From: the human T2T-CHM13v2.0 reference genome, Homo sapiens | Direction: 5' to 3' (one strand) | Length of the DNA stretch: 64,000 bases | Assembly: GCF_009914755.1 (NCBI RefSeq) | Contig: NC_060928.1 | In this document: positions 52,477 to 64,000 of the stretch, in pieces | Layout of the letters: the number at the start of each line of letters is the position of its first letter | Position numbering within the stretch: position 1 is the first letter of the stretch | Notes under the pieces: model-generated | What the model was told of the DNA's origin: nothing | Seen by the model: the letters and a program-made list of their open reading frames with translations, nothing else | Database searches by the model: none | Program-made: the position numbers and the translations under genes

Positions 52477-53479
52477 TTACCCTCCAGCCAGGATCTAATG
52501 ATGCAGAGAAAGAAGAGCATGGGTTGGGTATTGTCCCAGTAGCCTGCACATCCTAAGGAGCACATTCTGCCTCCCTTCTGAGACCTCTGGAAGCTCTCGA
52601 GAAACCCATCTCTGGTGCCATCTCCTCCAGTGCTCCTGCCCCACTGGCTCCCATCATCCTCATTTCCTTTTGCCTCACAGTGACCTCATCATTGATACCT
52701 TGGTGGGTCTCTGACTGTTTCATGTGTAATGAAATATGGGAAAATGCATTTCCCTCAGTATCAGGAGATCTGGGGAAGTTTAAGCGAGCCAGGTGAGGTT
52801 GAGGTTCAAATGAAGTGAGCTTGAACCTTTTACACTAGGGGAGTCATGTACAATGGGGTATAGACCTGTCTGTGGTGGGGGATTTAGAAAACATCAAACC
52901 TAATGTGGGAAGCCTACAAGGTGGGAAAAGCTGGGTGCTAAAAACCAGAATTCTTATCCTTTACTCTCAAATCTTTCTTAAAGTTACTAAACCCACAAAA
53001 TGTACCCATACGAGTAGATTTTTATAAAATAAATAAAATGACAAAGGAGCCAAGGTCTGTTTCACATTTGGCCCAGATCCAATCCCAGATGGTACTCAGA
53101 GTTGCAGGAGCAGAAACAGAGGAGGCCATGAGAAGGATGATCAAGAATTTGCAGAAATTTCAAGAAAAGGCTCTGGATTCTCACCACCAAAAAGATTGGA
53201 TGTTCAAACTAAGTCTACCTGAAGTCCCAAGGGAGAGCTGAGTTAATTTTGTGTATTTTCATTAATTTAGTTTTCCCATAAGCTTTTTGAGGATAGAAAT
53301 CAAATCTTGATTAGCTGAATTACTACCTCTCCAATACCTTTGCACACAGTTGGTGTTTAATGACTACTGATACATTCAATTGTTTTCAGAAGCCCCTATG
53401 CACCTAGCTCACTAAAGTCTTGACAATAGACAGGAAAATGAAATAGCCACCAATGCCCTAAATTAGGAGAACAGACAGC

Positions 53480-53660
53480 TGGGGTTTTCATTGCTGCTCA
53501 GCTCTTTGCTAGTTATGCCACCTGGACAAGGTGCTTAGCCTCTCTGAGCCTCAGTTTCCATAAGTAAAATGAGCATTAAAAATCTAATTAAAAGACTACT
53601 GATTGGGTAAAACAATGATGAAATTAAAGAGATGCATAAATCATAAACAGCTATACAAAT
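53480..53660 (+). mobile_element. MIR
   Basis: GGACAAGGTGCTTAGCCTCTCTGAGCCTCAGTTTCC. Confidence 0.7.
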
Positions 53661-53814
53661 AGTTTTCTCATCTTATTATAATATTGCTAACATTTTGAGA
53701 GTGCAACTAGGAAAGAAATGAGTTTCAGTACAAGCCGTTTGCACGTCTGCATGTCTTTGAAACATTCTTGCTCAGAACTACCATGCAGACACAGAAAACA
53801 AAGGTCCTCTAATG

Positions 53815-54164
53815 CAGGATTCCCCAACCCCTGGGCTGTGGACTGGTACCAGTCTGTGGCCTGTTAGGAACTGGGCTACACAGCAGGAGGCGAGCAGCAG
53901 GTGAGCAAGCATTACTGCATTACTGCCTGAGCTCCACCTCTCCTCAGATCACGGAAGGCATTAGATTCTCACGGGAGCACGAACCCCTCTGTGAACTGCA
54001 CATGTGAGGGATCTAGGTTGCGTGCTCCTTATGAGAATCTAACTAATGCCTGATAATTTGAGGTGGAACAGTTTCATCCCAAAACCGTCCCCACCTGCAC
54101 CATCCATGAATAAATTGTCTTCCATGAAACAGGTCCTGGGTGCCAAAAAGGTTGAGGACCACTG
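53815..54164 (+). mobile_element. MER1B hAT-Charlie DNA transposon
   Basis: Termini CAGGATTCCCCAACC and GGTTGAGGACCACTG; perfect 8-bp TSD CTCTAATG (53807-53814 / 54165-54172). Confidence 0.93.
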
Positions 54165-54529
54165 CTCTAATGTGTCTTGCAAAAACTTTCTTTGCTCACC
54201 ATCATCCCATCCTTGCCTTTCTTGCCAGCCCTATCTCTATCTCCATCTCTCTGTGTCTCCAGATCATCTCTGGGTCTGAGCATCTACTCTCCTTCTCTCC
54301 AGCTCCTCCGTCCTCTGCTGTTGGTTACAGTGTCTCTGTGTCCATAGCTTTTGCCTTTCTAATCCTGTTGTTACCAGTCAGCGCCTGCCTTGCTGCCTCT
54401 TTTGCTTCCATCTTTGCCTCTCTTTCTCCATGGCCTTATAACTCCCTCCTCTGTTCATCTCTGTCGCTCTTATGTTTTTATCCTTTCACTGTCTTTCTTT
54501 CTTGCCCTCCCACCCTCCAGCACCACCTC

Positions 54530-54782
54530 TTTTAGAGCAGAAGTTTTTATTTTTTGTAACATTCAACTTATTTTATCTTTTATCGACTTCGCTTTTGGTA
54601 TTGTATTTAAAAAGAAATCACAAACCCAAGGTTATAAAAGTTTTCTCCTGTGTTTTCGTTAAAAGTTTCACAGTGTCGCATGTTACGTTTTCATCTATGA
54701 TCCTTTTTTTAGCTTTATGGAGGTAGAGTCCATATACCAAAAAAAAAAAAAATGCACACATTTACTGCACACACCTTGATGT
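54530..54782 (-). mobile_element. Old L1M fragments within CT-rich sequence
   Basis: GAGCAGAAGTTTTTATTTT...GCTTTTGGTATTGTATTTAAAAAG...AACCCAAGGT; TTTTAGCTTTATGGAGGTA 3' end. Confidence 0.6.
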
Positions 54783-55323
54783 GTTACCTCTCTATTTAGT
54801 TCTGCCTCTTTCTCTCCTTGTCCCTCTCCTTCCTCTGTTCCTCTCTGTGTCCTTATCTTGTTTCTGTATCGTTCCTGCCCATTACTGTGTCAGGGCCCAC
54901 CTCTCTTTCTTTCTTCTTTATTCAGTGGCACCCACAGAGACTGAGCTCTCCTCAGCAGTGCTTAACTGTTCATGCCAGCCTCTCCCTGAATTCCCCACAC
55001 TCCATAACTGTTCCTCACTAGATCTCCCTGGTCTGTCTAAACCTCTCGTTTTCTTTAGGCAGAAGTGAGGCTTGTGTTCAGACATACAGCACAGCCCTGG
55101 TCAAGACACAAGTGGAGGGGAGGCACATGCCAGCCCCCACTCTGCCTGGGGGAAAAGCCCCAAGAGAAAGTCAGTTCAGGATGGGTCCAAAACCAGGACA
55201 CCTGGAGGCTCCACAAATGTGTGGACAGCATTTATCTTTCATCAACCTCAAGATCTTTTTTCTGTATTTTTCTGACGCCCCAAATCACACGTGCATACAG
55301 TAGAAAATTTAGACAGTATAAGA

Positions 55324-55754
<431 letters not shown>

Positions 55755-55909
55755 TTATCCTTACATAAAACAGATCACAGTAGATACAGAATTATGTAAT
55801 ATTTTTGTTGTTTTAATATCCTATCATATTTATTTTCCTTTATCCTTGAAAGTTTTTCACAAATATGGTTTTCTCTTCTCATGGGAGGAGAAAAAATAAG
55901 AAACTTTCA

Positions 55910-56330
55910 GTGCTTCCCCATTTCTTACAGGAGGAATCAAAATATTTTAACATGGTTACCATTATAGCACCATCCCTTATGATTCCAAAACACCATATTC
56001 TGCACTACAGCCACATGAGGATCTTTCTGTTTCCAAAACGCATTAGTTCACCTTTCCCAGGCGGCCTTTGCAGAAGCTCTTGTCTCTGTCTAAAACACAA
56101 GTGCCTGCATTTCCTCTGGAAATCTTCCCTGATCCCACAAGTTTTGCTTCTCCCGCCTTGACGTCTGGGAAGGATGCCCCGTAATATTGCATACTTCCCC
56201 ACTTGGGAAACTTGTCTCTGTTCACTTGACATTGCTCTCACAAAACCATGAGACCCTGGAAGGGTTTTCTGTACTAAATGATACCAAGGACATGGCCAGC
56301 ACTGAGCAGACGCTCAGTTTTAGTTAATTC
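55910..56330 (+). mobile_element. L2
   Basis: CTGCACTACAGCCACATG...GGCCTTTGCAGAAGCT...CTCTGGAAATCTTCCCTGA. Confidence 0.6.
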
Positions 56331-56959
56331 ATATATTAGAAACTTACCCAACCATTCTTAAAGTAGGACTTCTAGGGTGCTTTCGGTTTTTCCAGATGAT
56401 AAATAACACTATCAAGTGGCTTCTACAAAAATCTTTGTCTGTGTTTCCACTCATTTACATAAGCTAAATATTTCCTGATTCTGTAAAATATCATAGTTAA
56501 TGTATCATCATTATTTAATGTTATAAAACATTCTCTTTGACAACTTAGGATCCCTGCTACAGATCTTTTCCTAAAAGCTCCTGATGAATTGACAGGAGGT
56601 GAGAAACATTAAGTCCGTGGAATCTAAGATTAGAAAGATTTCACTAAATTTAAAACAGTTATAAATCAGAATGCTTGAACTGAGAAAGATCCCACAGATC
56701 CTATGCCTCAATATGAGAAAAATGAAGCACTGAGTTATGGGACTTACGCAAGTTCACACAAAAGCAGCTCTTTTTTTGCTGATGATACCTTTAAAATTCC
56801 CCCAGGTAGCCCTATTACATTTGCTAAGCTCAACAACATGAGTTCATCAACAGAATGTGGCCAATAGAATACATTAAACTATCCTGACTCAAAAGCAAGG
56901 AAACTGCCCCAGTTCCCTAACTCAGCTGTAGTCCAACATTAAATCCTAGATTTTGAGAC

Positions 56960-57760
56960 TATTAATTCAAGAAGTATTTAGTGAACATCTACCAGGTATT
57001 GGGTGCTATGCTGTTTTGCTGGGATTGAGGAAATAGTAACAAGAAACAGTGGGTGCCTACCTGCAGGAGCTCCCTGTCAATGGAGATGGCTCACAGTGTG
57101 ATAAAATCCATGACCACAGTAAGGAGGGGGATTACAAGAGCACAAGGCAGGACACCTAAAACTGGAGGTATGTGGGATGAGGGAGAGGCCGGAGAAGGTG
57201 CCTGGGGTGAGTTGTCATCCTTAACATTGAATTATGACAGGGTGGGAATCTTTCTAGAATTCCTTAACATCTGATAGGCCAGCTGCTGTGACAGGTGTTT
57301 GACATGCAGCAGTACAATTTAATCTTCACAGTGACCCTAAGAGGAGGCAAATATTACCCTGATTTACAGGTTAGAAAACTGAAGCTTAAAGAGGTATCCA
57401 AATAAACTCTTGCTGCTGAGTTTAGAAACTGGAATTCAAATCCAGAAATGTCTTTACCCAGAGCGCATGCTACTTTCTAATACACCCATGACTCCTATTC
57501 ACTTCCTAGGAGGATGGACAAGCCATTCAATGTATTTTTTAAAATATAATAGGTTCAACTATAGGTTATATAACATTCTAGAACACATAAACTGCCATGG
57601 GGCACAGAGTAGGGATACTAATGCTGCCTGGAAGGAAAAAGAATGTGTCAAGGGGACTTCAGAGAAGAGGTGACATTTGTCTTGATGCATAGAAAATTTC
57701 TCTGTAGAGAAGGGAGGATAGGACATTCTGGGCCAAGAGAGGAACAAGTGAAAAGGCCCA
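56960..57760 (-). mobile_element. L2 fragments with an intervening MIR (about 57260-57480)
   Basis: ATTCAAGAAGTATTTAGTGAACATCTAC (L2 tail); TTTACAGGTTAGAAAACTGAAGCTTAAAGAGG (MIR). Confidence 0.6.
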
Positions 57761-57859
57761 GTGGCTGATTTGATTACTGACAAGTCACTCAAATTGACTA
57801 AAGCACAGGATGGGAAGAAGGGGAGAGATGGGTTGACAGCACTAGGGAAGGTCATTTGG

Positions 57860-58290
57860 CTCTATTTTATTTTTCTATTGCAAGGAACAAACCACTGCAA
57901 AACTGAGTGGCTTCCAGCAATAACATATTACCTCCTGTAAGTTACACGTTGACTGGGTGGTTCTTCTGTTCCATGTAGTGTTGGCCAAGCCCCTGAGGTG
58001 GCTACAGTCATCTGGAGGCTTCAGTGGAAGCTCAGTTAGGGATGGGAGCTGGGGCCTCAGTTCTGCTCCCCATGGTCATTTCCACATGGCTGCTTGGGCT
58101 GCTCCACTGATGGAAGATGAATTCCAAAATAAAGCATTCCAAGAGCAAGCATCCCAAGAATGAGGATATGGAAGCTGCCACATCAATTACTAGCTACACT
58201 TGAAACCAATATGGCAGCATCACTTCTGCCATGTTGAAGCAGCCACAGACCCAGCTTAGAGCAAGGTGGTTATCAAAGTAAGTGCAAATA
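57860..58290 (-). mobile_element. MLT1 (H-like) MaLR LTR, degenerate
   Basis: TTCTATTGCAAGGAACAAACCACTGCAAAACTGAGTGGCTT...GCAGCATCACTTCTGCCAT. Confidence 0.6.
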
Positions 58291-61200
58291 CTGGTAAATT
58301 GGGAGTCACCAAAGTCAAAGTTGTAACTGTAGCAGTTACCAAATAATGAAGGGCATCTTTGGCCAACCCAGGGAGTTTGGATTCTGTGCTGACATAGGTA
58401 GTTCTCCACCACAAGGCTGCAACACACTGGTTAGTCAGGAGGTTGTATCACAAGAAAATAAAGAAAAAAAGCTTTTTTATTTCATTTTTTCTTCCAGCTT
58501 TTATTTTAGGTTCAGGTGGTACATGCACAGGTTTGTTACATGGGTAAATTGCATACCATGAGGGTTTGGTGTACAGATTATTTCCTCATCCAGGTAATGA
58601 GCATAAAACTCGATAGGTAGTTTTTCAGTCCTCCCACCTTTCACCCTCAAGTAAACCCTGATGCCTATTGTTCTCTTGTGTCCATATGTACCCAATATTT
58701 AGCTCCCACTTATAAATGAGAACATGAGGTATTGGTTTTGTGTTTCTACATTAATTTGCCTAGCATAATGGCCTCCTGCTGTATCCATGTTGCTGAAAAG
58801 GACACGGTTTGTTCTTTTTTATGGCTGTATAGTATTCCATGGTATATATGTACCACATTTTTTTTTATCCAATGCACTATTGATAGGCATCTGGGTTGAT
58901 TCCATATCTTTGCTATTGTGAATACTGCTGTGATGAATATAAATTTGCATGTGTCTTTATAGTAGAACAATTTATATTTCCATGGATATATACTCAGCAA
59001 TGGGATGGATGGTTGGATCAAATGGTAGTTCTGTTTTAAATTCTTTGAGAAATCTCCAAACTGCTTTCCACAGTAGTTAAACTAACTTACATTCTCACCA
59101 GCAGTAGGTAACTGTTCCCTTTTCTTTGCAACTTTGCCACTGTTATTTTTTTGTCTTTTTAATAACAGCCATTCTGACTGTTGTGAGATGGTATCTCATT
59201 GTGGTTTCAATTTGCCTTTCCCAGTGATTAGTAATGCTGAAGCATTTTTTCATGTTTGTTGGCCACATGTATGTTTTCTTTTGAGAAATGTCTGTTTATG
59301 TCCCATGTCTGCTTTTTAATGAGGTTGCTTGTTTTTTACTTGTTAATTTGTTTGAGTTCCTCATGAATTCTGCATATTAGACCTATGTCAGATACATAGT
59401 TTGCAAATATTTTCTTCTATTCTCTAAACTGTTTCTTTAAAGTGTTGATAATTTATTTTGCTGTACAGAAGCTCTTTAGTTTAAATAGGTCTGTCTCACT
59501 TGTCAATTTTTGTTTTGTAATTGCTTTGGGAGTCTTTGTCATGAAATATTTGTTAAAGCCTATGACCAGAATGGCATTTTCTAGGTTTTCTAGGGTTTTT
59601 AGTTTTAGGTTTTACATTTATGTTATTAATTAATCTTAGTTAATTTTTGTATATGGTGAAAGGAAGGGGTCTAGTTTCAGTCTTCTGCATATGACTAGCC
59701 AATTATCCTGGCATCATTTATTGAATAGGGAGTTCTTTCCCCATTGCTTATTACTGTCAACTTTGTCAAAGATCAATAGCTGAAGGTGTGTGATTTTATT
59801 TATGGGTTCTCTAACCTGTTCCACTGGTCTATGTGTCTGTTTTTGTACCATGCTGTTTTGCTTACCATAGCCTTGTAGTATAGTTTTAAGTTGGGTAATG
59901 TGATGCTTTAAGCTTTGTTCTTTTTGCTTAGGATTGCCTTGGCTATTCAGACTCCTTTTTCATTCCATATGAATTTTTAAACAGTTTTTTTTCTAATTCT
60001 GTGAAGAATGTCATCGGTAGTTTAAAAGGAATAACACTGAATCTGTAAATTGCTTTGGATACTATGGCCATTTTAAAAATATCGACTCTTCCTATACATG
60101 AGCATGGAATATTTTTTCATTTATTTGTGTCATCTCTGATTCCTTTGAGCAGTGTTTTGTAATTCCTGCTATAGAGATGTTTCACTTCCCTGGTCAGCGG
60201 TATTCCTGGGTATTTTATTCTTTTTGGAGCTATCATAAATAGGATTGCATTCTTGATTTGGCTCTTAACTTGGATATTACTGTTGTATAGAAATGCTACT
60301 GATATTTGTACATTGACTTTGTATTCTGAAACTTTGCCAAAGTTGCTTATCAGATCTAGGAGTCTTTGGGAAGAGACTATGGGATTCTCTAGGTATAGAA
60401 TCATATCATCTGGGAAGAGAGATAGTTTGACTTTCTCTCTTCCTATTTGGCTGCCTTTTATTTCTTTCTCTTACCTGATTGCTCTGGCTAGAACTTCCAG
60501 TACTATGTTGAATATGAGTAGTGAGAATTGGCATTCTTGTCTTGTTCCTGTACTCAAGGGGAATGTTTCCATTTTTGCCTATTCTATATGATGTTGGCTG
60601 TAGGTTTTTCATATATGTTTCTTATTACTTTGAGGTATGTTCCTTCAATGCCTAGTTTGTTGAAGGTTTTTAACATGAAAGGATATTGAATTTTATCAAA
60701 AGCCTTTTCATCTTTTAAGATGATTGTATGGTTTTTGGTTTTGGTTCTGTTTATGTGATGAATTATATATTTTTTGATTTGTGTGTGTTGAACCAACCTT
60801 GCATCCTAGGAATAAAACCTACTTGATTGTGGGGGATTAGCTTTTTGATGTGCTGCTAGATTTGATTTGCTAGTAATTTGTTGAAGTTTTGCATCTATGT
60901 TCATTTGGGATATTGGCCTGAGATTTTCTTTTTTCACTGTGTCTCTGCCAGGTTTGGGTATCAGAATGATTGTGGCCTCATAAAATGAGTTAGGGAGGAG
61001 TTTCCTCCTCCTCAACTTTTGGGAATAGTTTCAATAGAAATGCTACCAGCTCTTCTTTATACATGTGGTAGAATTTGGCTGTGAATCTATCTGGTTCAGG
61101 AATTTTTCTGGTTGGTAGTTTTTTTATTACTGATTCAATTTTGGAACTCATTATTGATCTAATCAAGGTTTCAATTTCTTCCTGGTTCAATCTTAGGAGG

Positions 61201-61417
61201 TTGCATGTTTCCAGGAGTTTAGTCATTTCTTTTAGGTTTTCTAGTTCATAATAGTCTCTGAGGGTGTTTTGTATTTCTGTGGAATCGGTGGAAATGTTTC
61301 CTTTGTCATTTCTGATTGTGATTATTTGGATCTTCTCTCTTTTTTACTTTATTAGTCTAGCTAGTGGTCTATCAATTTTATTTATTCCTTCAGAAAACCA
61401 ACTTTGGTTTTCATTGA

Positions 61418-61875
<458 letters not shown>

Positions 61876-62220
61876 TGAGATCTTGATGTTAGCATTTACC
61901 ACTAGAAACTTTCCTCTTCACACTACTTTAGCTGTGTCCCAGAGATTCTGGCAATGTTGTATTTTTTTTATTAGTTTGAAAGAATTTCTTGATTTCTGCC
62001 TTAATTTTATTATTTACCTAAAAGTCATTTAGAAGCAGATTGTTTAATTTCCATGTAATTGTATAGTTTTGAGAGATCTTCTTAGTATTGATTTCTATTT
62101 TTATTGCACTGTGGTCTGATATTGTGGTTGGTATGAATTTGTTGAGAACTCATTGTTTTATGGCCAAATGTGTGGTTGATTTTAGAGTATATGTCATGTG
62201 TAAATGAGAAGAATGTATAT

Positions 62221-62248
62221 TTTGTTGTTGTTGTTGTTGTTGTTGTTG
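62221..62248. repeat. (TTG)n microsatellite in L1 ORF2
   Basis: Directly visible; gives poly-Thr in the ORF track. Confidence 0.9.
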
Positions 62249-64000
62249 GATGGAAAGTTCTATAGATGTCTCTTAGGTCCATTTGGTCAAGTGCTGAGCT
62301 TAGGTCCATAATGTCTTTATTAGTTTTCTGCCTCAAGGATCTGTCTAATAATGTCAGTGTGGTATTGACATCTCCCACTATTATTGTATGGTTATCTAAG
62401 TCTCTTCACAGATCTCTAAAAACTTGTTTTATTAATCTGAGTGCTCAAATGTTGGGTGCATATATACTTAGAATAGCTAAGTTTTCTTGTTGAATTGGAC
62501 CCTCTATCATTATGCAATGCTATTCTTTGTCCTTTTTTGTTATTGTTGGTTTAAAGTCTGTTTTGTCTGAAATAAGAATAGCAACTCCTGCTCTTTTCTG
62601 TTTTCCTTTTGCTTGATAGATTTTTTCTTCATCCCTTTATTTTGAGCCTATGAGTGTCATCACATGTAAAATGGGTCTCTTGAAGACAGCATACAGTTAG
62701 GTCTTGCTTCTTTATCCAATTTGCCAGCCTGTGTCTTTTAAGTGTGGGGGCAGGCAGGGTAGCCAATGTATGTTAAAGGTTAATATTTACATGTGTGAAT
62801 TTGATCCTGTCATCATGTTAGCTGGTTGTTATGTAGACTTGATTGTGTAGTAGCTTTATAGTGTCAATGGTCTATGTACTTATGTGTGTTTCTGTGGTGG
62901 CTGGTAATAGTCTTTCATTTCCATGTTTAGCACTCCCTCAAGGATCTCTTGTAAGAAAGGTCTGGTGGCAACCAATTCCCTTAGTATTTGCTTGTCTGTA
63001 AAGGATTTTATTTCTCCTTAGCTTAGGCAGCTAAGGAGAAAGACACTCAGGCTTCTCATGAAGCATTCTTGGCTGGTTGTGAAAGTCTTGGTTAGAGTAT
63101 CTTTTCTTTAAGAAAGCTGAATATAGGCCTTTCTAGCTGCCTTCAATAGTTTTTCTGTTGCATTGACCTTGAAGAATCTGATGACTATGTGTCTTGGGGA
63201 TGTCATCTTGTCTAGTACCTTGCAAGGTTTCTCTGAATTTCCTGAATTAGAATGTTGACCTCTCTAGCAAGGTTGGGGAAATTGTTATGAGCAATATCCT
63301 CAAATATGTTTTCCAAGTTGCTTGCTCTATCGCCCTCTCTTTCAGGGACACCAGTGAGTCATAAGTTTTGTCTCTTAATGTAATCTCATATTTTTTTGAT
63401 GTTTTGTTCATTCTTTTTTTTTTCCTTTTTTTCTGACTGAGTTGATTTGCAGAACTGGTCTTTGAGCTCTGAGATTCTTTCTTAAGCTTGGCCTATTCTG
63501 CTATTAACATTTAGGGTTATAGTATGAAATTCTTACAGTGAGTTATTCAACTCTATCAGATCAGTTTGTTTTTTTCTTAAAATGCTACTGCATCTTTCAC
63601 CTCTTCTATAATTTTACTGGAATCCTTAGATTCCTTGGATTGGGCATCAACTTTCTCCTGAATCTCGATGATTTTCATTGTCATCTAAATTCTGAAGTAT
63701 ATATCTGTCATTCCAGCCATTTCAGTCTGTTTAAGAACCATTGCTGGGGAGCTAGTACACTCATTTGGAGAAAAGAAGGCACTCAGGCTTTTTGAGTTGC
63801 CAGAGTTCTTGCACTGATTCTTTCTCCTCTGTGTGGGCTGTTCCTTTAATCTTTGAAGTTGCTTTCCTTTGGATGGGGCTTTTTGCTTTTATATATTTTT
63901 TTAAGCCCTTGAGGGTGTGACTGTGGTATAATTTAAGTTCAGTCAACTGCCATTGTTTCTGGATGATTTCAGGAGGCCAGGGCTCAGCTCAGTACTCCTG

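Noticed and set aside
54140-55068. Hydrophobic, membrane-like ORFs
   Set aside because: They arise from CT-rich low-complexity DNA and MER1B/L1 fragments.

Overview
Repeat-dense primate nuclear DNA, almost certainly human, because it holds a pristine AluYa5 with all five diagnostic bases. It looks intergenic or deep-intronic. I see no CpG island, no recognisable protein-coding exon, no tRNA/rRNA/snRNA gene and no CRISPR array. The protein-like ORFs in the track are decayed LINE-1 ORF1/ORF2 remnants; the rest are Alu, microsatellite or chance frames. The window is a layered fossil record: several L1 elements (L1PA, L1PB and L1M lineages, one with a twin-priming 5' inversion), about 11 Alus, ERVL/MaLR LTRs (MLT2A with HERV-L internal, THE1, MLT1), hAT and mariner MITEs (MER3, MER1B, MADE1), and many L2/MIR fragments. 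I found no convincing new biological system. The best leads are: (i) minus-strand exon-like segments with strong splice signals (51751-51830, 19162-19213, 17328-17459) that join in frame into a 63-codon ORF; (ii) a young, possibly polymorphic AluYa5; (iii) a strong CTCF motif in an old L1 5' UTR; (iv) DUX4, SETMAR and GGAA sites carried by repeats; (v) several rearrangement scars. Subfamily names come from recalled consensus features, not a RepeatMasker run. Boundaries of old L2/MIR/L1M pieces are approximate.
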